A stretch of 64,000 bases of DNA, from the NCBI RefSeq assembly GCF_006345805.1, contig NC_043017.1, forward strand, positions 12,586,001 to 12,650,000, in the 5' to 3' direction. This DNA is from Octopus sinensis. Its lineage: Eukaryota. Shown here in pieces: positions 12,200 through 24,901 of the stretch (the stretch's first letter is position 1; the number at the start of each line of letters is the position of its first letter). The notes under the pieces were generated by a model. The model made no database searches. It had not been told where the DNA came from and saw only the letters and a program-made list of their open reading frames with translations. Made by a program: the position numbers and the translations under genes.

Positions 12200-12554
12200 T
12201 TGGTTTATATTCTGGACACAAACACCACCAGTTTAATAATGAAACAGTTAAACACCCACAAAGTTATCAACCACCTCACCAACAACAACACTGAACACCT
12301 TTTTGATCTTCATGTGTCTAACACCCGTGGACATATTTACAAAGTCAGAAAACAACACAGCTCCCATGACTTTCGGAAACATTTTTTCACGCTCAGAGTT
12401 GCTGAAGCATGGAACAAACTGCCTGCGTCAGTTGTTGACTGCCATGACACTGCATCCTTTAAGGCCCTCATGCTTTCCGAAATCCGCCGAAACTACACCT
12501 GATTATACATACACTTTAGATGAGTTGTAGTGCACCTGAGCACTGTACACAATG

Positions 12555-12588
<34 letters not shown>
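12200..12588 (+). mobile_element. CR1-clade LINE 3' end (second subfamily) with (ATT)n tail
   Basis: ORF 12200-12502 has the CR1 C-terminal motif TRGHIYKV...RKHFFTLRVAEAWNKLPASVV. Confidence 0.85.
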
Positions 12589-12859
12589 CTTCTTAATCCC
12601 ACCTCCATCGTTGCCAAATCCACAGAAAATAAGGTTGTGTATGTACTTCAGCAGAAATATGATAAATTATCATAAGAACTGAGGCAACAAAGTGTGGTTT
12701 GAGGGTGATACAGTTGCTATGTCTTGTAGACTAAGCAGCCACATAGTGACCTCCTAGTTGGTTCACCTTTCTAATATGAAGAGTGAGGGCATCGCCAAAC
12801 AACCCAAGCAATAAGCACAAGTTGGCATTTACAAGTCTTGAATTTCTTTCTATTAAACA

Positions 12860-13120
12860 ACAAGACACATGCACATTTTATATACAAATATATATATATA
12901 TATATATATACATAAATATACATATATACATACATACATACACATATATACATACATACATATATATACATACATACATATATATATATACATACATATA
13001 TATATATACATACATATATATATACATACATACACACATACATATATATAATGTTTCCTTGCACATATGTATACATACATACATTTATAAATACACCACA
13101 CACACATACATACACAAAGT
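12860..13120. repeat. (TA)n/(TACA)n microsatellite
   Basis: Direct inspection. Confidence 0.9.
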
Positions 13121-13506
13121 AAAACTATAAAACAACTGTATATTTAAGTAGTTAAGTGAAATAATGGCCCACATAGATAAGGCCAGGTTAAAAAAAAGAG
13201 ACATTTTCTCAATGTCAACACCCTCAAGATATGCACCACAATCTGTGACATGCACGTGCACACAAATACAATCACACATACAAACACATACACCACTCTC
13301 AAGTTTGTCTTTCAGAAAAGATTCACAAAGCTTATTGTTATTTTTCGCTGCTACGACAGCAATAACAACAAAACAACACAACACACCACTCTGCCTTGTG
13401 TACACATAATAAGTTATTGTTGCAATAAGGTTATACAGCCTTGCAGCCTTGCTTGTAAACGCTGGTATGCATATTCGAGTATACACGCAGGTATGTATTG
13501 TACTGA

Positions 13507-13886
13507 TGAAGGCGCAATGGCCCAGTGGTTAGGGCAGCGGACTCGCGGTCGTAGGATCGCGGTTTCGATTCCCAGACCGGGCGTTGTGAGTGTTTATTGA
13601 GCGAAAACACCTAAAGCTCCACGAGCTCCGGCAGGGATGGTGGTGATCCCTGCTGTACTCTTCACCACAACTTTCTCTCACTCTTACTTCCTGTTTCTGT
13701 TGTACCTGTATTTCAAGGGGCGGCCTTGTCACTCTCTGTGTCATGCTGAATATCCCCGAGAACTACGTTAAGGGTACACGTGTCTGTGGAGTGCTCAGCC
13801 ACTTACACGTTAATTTCACGAGCAGGCTGTTCCGTTGATTTGGATCAACCGGAACCCTCGTCGTCGTAACCGACGGAGTGCTTCCA
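13507..13886 (+). mobile_element. SINE B, full length
   Basis: tRNA-like head, body gaatatccccgagaactacgttaagggtacacg, tail cgtcgtaaccgacggagtgcttcca; highly similar to 31194-31576. Confidence 0.85.
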
Positions 13887-14560
13887 TGTATATATGTATG
13901 TGTGGATATATACGTGTGTGTGTGTGTGTGTATGTGTTAATGTGTGAGTGTGGTTTTATAAGTAATTTCTATGTGAGAAGGTATTGGATTAATGGCAAGG
14001 GTATCTGGCTCGCAATTGTAAGTTCCTCAGTTCAATTCCTGGCAGTGTATTATGTCCTTGAACAAGACACTTTATTTCACATTCTCTAGTTCACTCAGTT
14101 GGCAAAAGGGAGTTGTAATTCAAAGGGCCAGCCTTGACACATTCTGTCGTGTATCACACTGAATCTCGCTGTGATCTATGTCAAGGGTACGCATGTCTGA
14201 GGAATACTCAGCCACTCTAACATTCATTTCACAAGTAGGTTGATCTGTTTGATTGGATCAACTGGAATGTTCAATGTCGAAAGTAACAAAGAACCAGGCC
14301 ATATGCATGTGCTGACATGGCTAGGTGCAGGCATGGTTGTGTGCTTGGTAACCAGTGACCAAATGATTTCAGGTTCAATCCCACAGTGTGGTACATTGGG
14401 CAAGTATCTTCTACTATAGCAGTGGGCTGACCAAAACCTTGTGAATAGAATTGGTAGAAAGAAACTGAAAGAAGCCTATTCTGTGTGTGTGTGTGTGTGT
14501 GTCTCCCTCCTGGTCTTGATATCGCATGATAGTTATAAACAGGCATCAAAGAAGCAGTAA

Positions 14561-14781
14561 TATGTTTATTACCCACAAGGGGCTAAACATAGAGGGGACA
14601 GACAAACGGATTAGGTTGAATACATTGACCCCAGTGCGTAACTGGTACTTAATTTATCGACCCCGAAAGGATGAAAGGCAAAGTCGACCTCAGCGGAATT
14701 TGAACTCAGAATGTAACGGCAGACGAAATACGGCTACGCATTTCGCCCGGTGTGCTAACGATTCTGCCAGCTCGCCGCCTT
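14561..14781 (-). mobile_element. SINE C
   Basis: Reverse complement of the 2550-2787 family. Confidence 0.8.
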
Positions 14782-14871
14782 ATGTCTGGCAACAGGGTAA
14801 TACTACCTCCCTTGGAAACAGGTGAGGGTTGGTGACAGAGAGAGCATCCAGCCATAGAATATCTGCCTTAA

Positions 14872-15091
14872 CCCTTTAGCATTCAGATTCCTCTGTCAAA
14901 TGTAAAGCCTGTTTAATCACATTGTTTTAAATTAATTGTACGGCATCTGGTAACTCTGAGATATTGGTGGTGTCCCTGTTTATGTTTAGAATGACTTTGT
15001 AGGGTAGGTGTGAGAGGTCAGAGCTGGCTGGTTTGAGCATAAAACAGGAAGACAATTTTGGCCTGGTATGGCCGGTTTAAACACTAAAGGG
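14872..15091. mobile_element. piggyBac-type MITE (type 2)
   Basis: TTAA flanks; TIRs ccctttagcatt / aacactaaaggg. Confidence 0.75.
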
Positions 15092-15189
15092 TTAATGAAT
15101 TCTCTGACCCATACAAGTGTGGAAATGTGGACATTGAAACGATGATGATGATGACTGCTGCAATTACTAGCAGTCAACTGGCCACATAC

Positions 15190-15302
15190 GATCTCCCTCG
15201 TTGGTTCAACCAACAACATAGAGCGGAAGGCAGTGCACCACAGGGACTGCTGGTTCCCCCTTCTCTCTGACTATATAGTCTGATCTGCCTGTTCAAGCCA
15301 CA
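15190..15302 (-). other. Candidate 113-nt exon
   Basis: tttgttatttttgttctcctccctgcag|TGTGGC...GAGATC|gtatgt within a unique, GC-richer patch; no recognisable protein. Confidence 0.3.
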
Positions 15303-15399
15303 CTGCAGGGAGGAGAACAAAAATAACAAACTGTAGTAATTATAGATTTGGTTTTACACTTTAGGAATTGCAAGCTCATAAAATATTGGTTATCCCTGA

Positions 15400-16084
15400 T
15401 ACATATATATATATATATATACACACACACAAACACACACACACACACAGGCATGCATGCATACACAGACACATGCATGCACACGTAGGTGAGAGAGTGG
15501 GGGAGTGAATGGTTTAGACATGTGTGAGAAATGAGAACACACGTATGTCTATCTGTGTTTGATAATGTGTTCAAATATGAGTGTATACATCTGAAAAGTG
15601 AACTGGAGGGTGGTGCTTTAAATGTGTGTGTCTGCATGTGAGTGTGTGTGTGTCTGCATGTGAGTGTGTGTGTGTGTGTGTATCTTCATATGTTACCATG
15701 AGAATGTGTTTAAGTGTGTGTATATTTGTGTGGATGTGTGAGAGAGAATGAGTCTAAATATATCTACGTGGGAAATGTGTCTATACATTTGTGTGTATGT
15801 GTGTATTGAAGAATGTATGCAAATATGAGTGTGTATATCTGTATATGTGTGTGTGTGTGTGTGTGCATGAGAATAAGCTTGACTAAATGTCTGATTCTAT
15901 GTATATATGTGTGAGAATATTTTTGAATATGTGTGTTTGTGTGTGTATGTGTGTGTATATGTGTGTGTGTATGTGTATATGTGTGTGTATGATTACATTT
16001 GAATGTGCACAAGGTGTTTTTGTGTGCGGGGAACCACATTTGGATGTGTGTAAGGAATGTGTATATGCATTTGTTTGTGTTTGC

Positions 16085-16124
<40 letters not shown>

Positions 16125-16180
16125 TGCATGCCTGCGTGTGTGTGTGAGAGAGAGAGAGAGATTGTGTTTCTGTGTGGCAC
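15400..16180. repeat. (CA)/(TG)/(TA) microsatellite field
   Basis: Direct inspection. Confidence 0.9.
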
Positions 16181-18625
16181 ACATGTGTATTTTCTTAAAA
16201 CATTAGTCGATGGAGTCTATCCAACTGCTATAATTAACAAAATCCATTCTGGTTTAAGTGGCCACCCATCCTCACCTCCCCAGACATCTCCACCCCCCAG
16301 CCACATCCAAAATATACCACTCAACATAAATACCATTATTTGGATGGCCTCCACGGTTGTGGTCTGTGGTGTGATGTGTTCAATACAATCTATTCAACAC
16401 CATAACATCACCACCACCACCACCACCACTACCATCATCATCACTACAATCATCATCACACTCATCATGATCATTACCATCATTATCACATCAAGTAGCA
16501 TCTCTATCCACCAAAAATTGCCAGCATCATTATCACCATCAATGCAGATGTGATGCATTACATAATATGACCAGTCCAATCTATAATATCGTATATGCGA
16601 TATCATTATATATCCTCATTGCGGTGGATTACACAGAATCAGACATTAGAGCATTGAAGTAAAAACGGCCATGGTATTTCTTCTGCTTCTCGACAATCGG
16701 AGTTCAAATCCTGCCAAGGTCTACTTTTTAACTGTTCATCACTCCAGGGGATCAATAAAATAAAGCACCTGTCAAATACTAGAGTTGATATAATTGACTA
16801 TTCCCCTTTGGCACAAGACCAGCAATTTGGGGGAGATGGGGTAAATCAGTTACATCGACCCCCAGTACTCAACAGGTACTTATTTTATCGACCCCAAAAA
16901 GATGAAAGACAAAGTTGACCTCGGCAGAATTTGAACTCAGAATGTGACGATGGACAAAATTCTGCAAAGGGGTTGATGCAATCAATTTGCTCCATCTGTA
17001 AAAAATTTCAGGCCTTGTGCTAATAGTAGAAAGGATTATTATTATAAAATCATCATCTATATCCCACTCTTCCTCTTCTTCCTCCTCCTCCTCATTATCC
17101 TTATCAACACAAACATGTTTTATTGTGTAATGTACGAGATACGTATGTTGCAAACATCATCATCATCATCACTATCATTATCACCATCATCATCATTTCC
17201 CCCCGCCTCATCATACATATTCCTTACGCATCATATATACACATATATGCACACACATACATATATAGACATACACATATATACACACACACATATATAT
17301 ACATAATATATATACATATATGATTAAATATTATCTCATATGTTCAGTATAATCTACATTGTGCTAATCAATCATCATCACCACCATCATCATAGCCATT
17401 GTCGCCACCACTCTTAAGACAATGGTTTCCACTGAACGCCCCTGAGAGAGGAAAAGAGAATCTAATCTCTCTCTTCACTCATACCAGCTGATACCTAAGA
17501 CGTCCAGACTTCAATCTGACTTGGCCTTTTTCCAGCTTTAAATATCCTTAATGGATAGCAAAACCTCAACATCAGTCCTACTAACTCGCAAATGTCTAAT
17601 TTAATAAAACACCATCACAATCACCACTAGTAGCACCACCACCATCGCCACTACCACCACCAGCAATACTACCACTGCCGCCACCACAATCATCACAACC
17701 ATCACCACTACCATCATCATCACCACTACCACCAGCATAAACCATCAACACTATACCACCAATGACATCAACACCATCACCAATACTACCACCACCACCA
17801 TCATCACTATCGCTAATGGAATACCAGAATTCCTTGTGATTTCAAAACACTGGCAAAGTCCACCTTAATATAGGTGCACACATAGCAGTGTGGTCAAGAA
17901 GTTCAATTTGCAACCACATGGTTTTGGGTTCTACTATAGCCGCAGACTGACTAGTGCATTGTGAGGAGATGTGGTAGGTGGAAACTACGTGAAAACCTGT
18001 CATGTATACATGCCACAGAACATCCCAAAACTAGACAGCAATATCTAAGCATTATCTAAGCTTAATAAGATTATATATGAAGAAAAACAATGTGAGTAAT
18101 CTGCATAAACACCAGAATGAAGGACAACTCAAACAAAACAAAGATATTTAAAAAATCCACAAACATGTGTATTCCCATCCCACCACCACTTCACAATTTG
18201 GTGTTGGTTCGATTGCATCTCCATAATTTACGAATTAGGCAAAAAAGACCAATAGCATAAATAATAGACTTTAAAAAAAACACACACATGTACTGGGGTA
18301 GATTTGTTTAACTAAAACTCTTTAACCTTTAACATGCTGTAGATGCACAATATCACCATATGAGTTTTCTCCCTTCTCAATAGCACACAGTGAGCCTGCA
18401 ACTACAGGGGAGAAAATTCATACAGTGCCATGAAGTCCCTAAGTGTGCTAAAAGTTAAAGTGGTGGCCCAGTATGTCCACAGTCGAATGACTGAAACAAA
18501 TAATAGTTAAAAGGCAATACGGCAAGTGAGGGTAGGAGACAGGAAGAGCATCTGGCTGCAGAAAATTTGCCTCAAAAACATCTGTCTGACCAATGCAAGC
18601 ATGGAAAAGTGTACATTAAATGATG

Positions 18626-18916
18626 GGCCGATGTCAGCACCGCCTCGACTGGCTTCCGTGCCAGTGGCACATAAAATACACCAATCCGACCGTGGCCATT
18701 GCCAGCCTCACCAGGCACCTGTGCAGGTGGCACGTAAAAAGCACCCACTACACTCACGGAGTGGTTGGCGTTAGGAAGGGCATCCAGCTGTAGAAACATT
18801 GCCAGATAAGACTGGAGCCTGGTGCAGCCTTCTGGCTTCCCAGATCCCCGGTCGAACCGTCCAACCCATGCTGGCATGGAGAACGGACGTTAAACGATGA
18901 TGATGATGATGATGAT
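18626..18916 (+). mobile_element. Short retroposon family D with (GAT)n tail
   Basis: gtggcacgtaaaaagcacccactacactcacggagtggttggcgttaggaagggcatccagctgtagaaac...ggacgttaaacgatgatgat; at least 7 copies in the window. Confidence 0.75.
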
Positions 18917-19078
18917 ACACATATATGGTAGATAGAAACTGAAAGAATCTTGTCATGTGTGTGTGTGTGTGTTGTGTTTGTTTCCTTATCCACCCACAAG
19001 GCTTTGGCCAGCCTGAGGCTATAGCAGAAGACACTTGCCCAAGGTGCCATGCAGTGGGACTGAACTCAGAACCATATA

Positions 19079-19313
19079 TATTTCTTTACTACCCACAAGG
19101 GGCAAGACACAGAGGGGACAAACAAGAACAGACAAAATGGATTAAGTCGATTACATCGACCCCAGTGCGTAACTGGTGCTTAATTTATCGACCCCGAAAG
19201 GATATAAAGGCAAAGTCAACCTTGGCGGAATTTGAACTCAGATCGAAGCGGCGGACGAAATACCGCAAAGCATTTCACCCGGCGTGCTAACGTTTCTGCC
19301 AGCTCGCCGCCTT
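19079..19313 (-). mobile_element. SINE C inserted in a SINE A head
   Basis: 16-bp TSD AACTCAGAACCATATA at 19063-19078 and 19315-19330. Confidence 0.85.
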
Positions 19314-19440
19314 AAACTCAGAACCATATAGGTTGGAAGCAAGCTTTTAACCACACAACCACACCAAGGTGCCACTCAGTGGGACTGAACCCAGAAGAAC
19401 CATGTGGTTGGGAAGCAAGCTTCTTACCACACAGCCACAC

Positions 19441-19843
19441 CTCTTTTACTCTTTTACTTGTTTCAGTCATTTGACTGTGGCCATGCTGGAGCACCGCCTT
19501 TAGTCGAGCAAATTGACCCCGGGACTTATTCTTTGGAAGCCCAGTACTTATTCTATCGGTCTCTTTTGCCGAACCGCTAAGTGACGGGGACGTAAACACA
19601 CCAGCATCGGTTATCAAGCAATGCTAGGGGGACAAACACAGACACACAAACATATACATACACATACATACATATATACGACAGGCTTCTTTCAGTTTCC
19701 GTCTACCAAATCCACTCACAAGACATTGGTCGGCCCGAGGCTATAGCAGAGGACACTTGCCCAAGATGCCACGCAGTGGGACTGAACCCAGAAGAACCAT
19801 GTGGTTGGTAGGCAAGCTTCTTACCACACAGCCGCGCCTGCGC
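19441..19843 (-). mobile_element. SINE A, full length
   Basis: Complete head (gcgcaggcgcggctgtgtggtaag on minus) and tail. Confidence 0.85.
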
Positions 19844-20379
19844 AAACTTCTTAAGCAGGAGGCAACAGCTCCACTTAAAAACGGAATGATCTAATAAAGA
19901 GCAGCTAAGTAGCATCATGAGAGAAGAAAGGAAGAAACCGAAGACCGTCTCAACTCTAAATGAAACAGAGCCAGTTACATAAAACTCGAATGAGACAAAC
20001 CAAAGACAGCCAGGCAATACAAACTGCTGGAATATTATTGATATTGTGGAGATTAGAGCTGACAACGATTTCTTGGTTTGGTTGTTGGTTTGGTTTGGTT
20101 TGGTTTGGGGGCTGGTTTTATTTTTAGTTATTTTTGTTTTTATGTGATAATTTTTAAAATTTTTATTTTATTGTTATCTGCAGCCTGTGTTTGTTGGTTA
20201 TACTAATAAACAGACCAAACACCCACTCACACACACAGGCAGACACACAAACATACAAGCATCCACCCACCCACCTGCACACACGCATACACAGATGGTG
20301 CCACACTTCTCTGCGCCCTCACCTCCACCTGCCACATTTATCACACTGTTCCAGCAACCAGTGGAATACATACACACAT

Positions 20380-20436
20380 ATACATACATACATACACACA
20401 CACAGAGTTAAAACTTCTTGCAGCCAGACTCTTACC

Positions 20437-20470
<34 letters not shown>

Positions 20471-20477
20471 CATGTGA

Positions 20478-20516
<39 letters not shown>

Positions 20517-20802
20517 TGTGAATATGCACACAAATAACAATGAGCATTTATTGTATAGTGCTCAAGAAACATATATATGTACAAAGATATACCTACATAT
20601 GCAAACATACACATATACACAGATATACATACATATAAACATATGCGTATATATATATATATTATATATATATATACACACACACACACATACATACATG
20701 TGTATTTATAAATGTGCATATATGTATGTGCGTGTATGTGTCCATGTATACATGTGTGTATGTATATAAATAAATATATGTATATGTATGTGTGTGTGTG
20801 TG

Positions 20803-20840
<38 letters not shown>

Positions 20841-20924
20841 TGGAGAATTTTATATATATCTTCATATATATATATATATATATATACACATACACACACT
20901 GGAGAATTTTATATATATATCTTC

Positions 20925-20963
<39 letters not shown>

Positions 20964-21200
20964 TGCATATATATTTGTATGTAGATAGATTCACAGACAC
21001 GGATGTATCCAGATGTTTGTGTGTGAGTGTGTGTAAATGTGTTTTATGTAACCGAGTATACCATTACTACAAAACCAAAGAGGATGATGGGAAGGATCTA
21101 CTTCTATTATGTACTGAGGCAATGTGTGTGTGTGCATGTGTGTGTGTGTGTGTGATGGTGTGCACGAGTGTATACGTGCGCATGCATGTATGATGTGGGA
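20380..21200. repeat. (TG)/(TA)/(CA) microsatellite field
   Basis: Direct inspection; includes a short duplicated cactggagaattttatatatatcttc unit. Confidence 0.9.
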
Positions 21201-21659
21201 GTAGGTGCCCCCGGGGTTAGCAAGGAGCTAGCTGATAGTTGAGGATAGTGTTACTGTTGTGGGTTTGTCTTACAGACTGTTTAGAAAGTTCAAGTTTGGA
21301 GAAACACGGTGGCTCATGGGAAGAGGGGGGGTACGGTGACGACGAGGGAGAAGAGGAAGGCGGAGAAAAAGTCTGGTGGTGTATAAAACAGAATGAAAAA
21401 TGGGAAGGAGAAAAGAAAAAGAAAAAAAACGACAAAGTGTACGAGTGGAAATAATGGGAAGTAGTGGGTAGGGTGGGGGGAATGGCTATGAAGGAAAGTC
21501 AGAGAAGAAATGTCAAAGACGAAGAAGGAATGTCAAAGATTAAAATACCCTTCCTCTCAAAATTACTGACCTTGTGCCAACATCAGAAACCACCACCACC
21601 ACCATCACCACCACCACCATCACCATCATCATCATCATCATTATTATCAATTGGCCTCC

Positions 21660-21905
21660 GTGCCGTTGGATTTAAAAAGCACCATCCGAGGGTAGCCGTT
21701 TGCCAGCCTCACCTGGCACCTGTGTCGGTGGCATGTAAAAAGCACCCACTACACTCACGGAGTGGTTGGCATTAGGAAGGGCATCCAGCTGTAGAAACAC
21801 TGCCAGATCTGACTGGGCCTGGTGCAGCCTTCGGGCTCCCCAGACCCCAGTTGAACCGTCCAACCCATGCTAGCATGGAAAGCGGATGCTAAACGATGAT
21901 GATAC
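21660..21905 (+). mobile_element. Family D retroposon
   Basis: Matches 18626-18916. Confidence 0.75.
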
Positions 21906-21922
21906 TGATTATTATTATTATT

Positions 21923-23190
21923 AAGGTGGCGAGCTGGCAGAATCATTAGCACACCAGACGAAATGCTTAGCGGTATTTTATCTGCCGTTACGTTCTGAGT
22001 TCAAATTCTGCCGAGGTTGACTTTGCCGTTCATCCTTTCGGGGGTCAATTAAATAAGTACCAGTTATGCACTGGGATCGATATAATCGACTTAATCCGTG
22101 TGTCTGTCCTTGTTTTTCCTCTCTGTGTTTAGCCCCTTGTGGGTAGTAAAGAAATAGGTATTTTATCTGCCGCTATGTCTTGAGTTCAAATTAATTCCGT
22201 CCAGGTCAACTTTGCCTTTCATCCTTTTGGTGTCAATAAATTAAGTACCAATGAAACACTGGGGTTCAATGTAATTGACTAGTCCCCTCTCCCCAAATTT
22301 CAGGCCCCGTGCCTTTAGTAGAAAGAATTATTATCTCCACCTTAGCAAAGGCAGAGGTATTGTTTGCCCTCATGTTTGATATCTCAAGAACCGCTGGATG
22401 GATGTGGATGAAACTTTCAGGGAGATTTAGCCTCGTGATTGGCACAAACTGATTAGATTTTGGGATTGATCCAGTACTGGACAAGGATTCTGGATTACTT
22501 TTCCTGTTTTTTTTACTTAATTATCGAGAACGGTCAGGTTCATTTTTAGTATTCTCGTTATTAGTATTATTATTACTAAGGTGGCAGGCAAGCTGGCGGA
22601 ATAGGTAGCACACCAGGCAAAATGCTTAGCAGCATTTCGCCCATCTTTACGTTCTGAGTTCAAATTCTACGGAGGTCAACTTTGCCTTTCATCCTTTCGG
22701 AGTTGATAAAACAACTACCAGTTGAGTACTAGGGTCGATATAATCGAATAGTCCCCTCCCCCAAATTTCAGGCCTTGTGCCTTAGTAGAAAGAATTATTA
22801 AGTACCAGTTGAGCATTGGGGTCGATGTAATTGACTTACCTCCCACCCCCCGACCTTGCTGGCCTTGTGCCATAATTCAAAATGATTAATATTATTGTTG
22901 AAAAGGCAGCAAGCTGGCAGAATTGTTAGCACACTTGGCAAAGTGCTTAGCAGTATTTCGCCCCCGCTACATTCTGAGTTCAAATTCTGCCGAGGTCAAC
23001 TTTGCCTTTCATCTTTTTGGAGTCAATGAATTAGGTACCAGTTATGTACTGGGGTCAATCAAATCAACTGGGCCCCTCCTCCTCCAAAATTTCAGGCCTT
23101 GTGCCTATAGTAGAAAGGATTATTATTATTATTGTTGTTATTGCTATTATTTAAGCGGTGAACTGGCAGAATTGTTAGTGTGTTGAGTAA
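21923..23190 (+). mobile_element. Cluster of SINE C copies (two tail types) with a Helentron/HINE-like fragment at ~22335-22560
   Basis: Repeated ggcgagctggcagaa heads and two alternative tails. 22335-22560 is homologous in inverse orientation to ~35470-35645. Confidence 0.65.
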
Positions 23191-23670
23191 AAAATCCTTA
23201 TGGTGATGGTAGTGTTGATGGTGATGATGTTTGTGATGATGATAATGCAGAAAGTAGTAATAGTTGTTGTTGTTGTTGTTGTTGTAGTGGCAGCAGCATC
23301 GGTGGTGGTCGCTGTGGTAGCAGAGGTAATAGTGCTGCTATACAACCAGCTATACGTGAAATGGGATGAGAGCCAAGACTGATTACAGCAGAACAGGGAT
23401 ACACACCCTTATGACTAACCACAACAGATTTCGTAACATTTCACATATGTCATGTGACTTTCAAACAACAACAACACCACACACCAACATTCTCAGTCTT
23501 CCTTTACCCTAGACACACACATAAACACACACACACATATATATACACACACACATTCATATACACATATATATAAATCTATATATATATGCATACAGAT
23601 ATGCATAGCTATATATATATATATAAGCAAAACACATATACATGTATATATGAATGTGTGTGTGAGAATG

Positions 23671-23716
<46 letters not shown>

Positions 23717-24274
23717 TATATTTATAAAAATTAAGCAACAAAATATCACTGTGCACCATATCTGTGAATGTACATGAATGTAAGTGAACGCGTATATATA
23801 TATGTGTCTGTGATGTATAATATATCAATCCACACACATTATATGCATACCAAAATATACACACCTTAGCATGTACACACAAACACATATTTGTGTTTAT
23901 ATATATATCATATATATATATATATATGCTTCTTGTATTTCTTAGTAAGAAAAATAGCACAAAACACATTCTAGTAAAGAGTACAACCATGACAGTCACA
24001 TCCTAATTGTATCAGAGATACTCTATCTGGGTCTAGTGTGAGTGAGTGGAGGGAGATTTAGCTGCTACTTCTAGCACTTCCTGTGGCTACGTTAACCTTT
24101 TATCTTGGAGGTGGGGTACGAGGGCACGGTTGACAGCTGTCAGTTTCAGAACTGTTGCCCCAGACCATTGCAATATTTTGATTGGAAACTACTACCTTAA
24201 CCTTGCAGACAACAAACCATTTGAGTCCCATCAATGATTCTATGATGCAAACCAAGTGACACACACATAGATGC

Positions 24275-24311
<37 letters not shown>

Positions 24312-24486
24312 ATAATAAATATTAGGGAATAATCCAAATTTACAGGGAAAAAATCAGATTTAGGATTAAATCCAATTTTATAGTAAAATATTATAAATAT
24401 TATTAGAGACAAAACCACTATTTTGCAAAACAAACAAGAAAGACTTAATCAATACATAAAATTTTAATAAATAGTCAAAAAAACCG

Positions 24487-24529
24487 CCACTACAATCGTT
24501 TCTTGTCTTGATCGACAATCCTCAGGTGG
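24487..24529 (-). ncRNA. Minimal type-I hammerhead ribozyme (minus-strand copy)
   Basis: Reverse complement reads CCAC-CUGAGGA-UUGUC(GAUCAA)GACAA-GAAAC(GAUU)GUA-GUGG. Confidence 0.75.
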
Positions 24530-24576
24530 ACTCCAATAAGTCAGTTTCAAATTTTTGAAACTGACTTATTGGAAGT

Positions 24577-24619
24577 CCACCTGAGGATTGTCGATCAAGA
24601 CAAGAAACGATTGTAGTGG
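24577..24619 (+). ncRNA. Minimal type-I hammerhead ribozyme
   Basis: Stem I CCAC/GUGG, core CUGAGGA, stem II UUGUC/GACAA, GAAA, 2-bp stem III, GUA cleavage triplet at 24613-24615. Confidence 0.75.
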
Positions 24620-24757
24620 CGGTTTTTTTGACTATTTATTAAAATTTTATGTATTGATTAAGTCTTTCCTTGTTTGTTTTGCAAAATAGTGGTTTTGTCT
24701 CTAATAATATTTTATATATATATATATATATTAGCAAGGTATCGTGAAAGGGTATAT

Positions 24758-24795
<38 letters not shown>

Positions 24796-24833
24796 TAGAT
24801 ATTAAGCTACATAATTGTGCATTGTTTTAGCAT

Positions 24834-24901
24834 TCCCACTGATGAACTACAGATGATAAATTAATCTATTTGCTCATTAATAGGGAAACTCAAGTATGGG
24901 A
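24834..24901 (+). ncRNA. Type-I hammerhead ribozyme with long imperfect stem II
   Basis: UCCCA-CUGAUGA-(39-nt stem II)-GAAAC(UCAA)GUA-UGGGA; stem I is a perfect 5 bp. Confidence 0.65.

Larger units (their letters stand above)
24310..24712. mobile_element. Penelope-like pLTR remnant forming an inverted repeat (arms 24395-24551 and 24554-24712)
   Basis: Near-perfect palindrome with two 1-nt indels; each arm carries a hammerhead on opposite strands. Inverted pLTRs with hammerheads are characteristic of PLEs. Confidence 0.7.

Noticed and set aside
13507-13580. tRNA gene (also the heads of SINE A and C)
   Set aside because: A/B boxes are present but there is no complete cloverleaf, and the sequence continues into multi-copy SINE bodies.
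17380-17465. Strong minus-strand acceptor before 17441
   Set aside because: No convincing donor; runs into a (GAT)n repeat.
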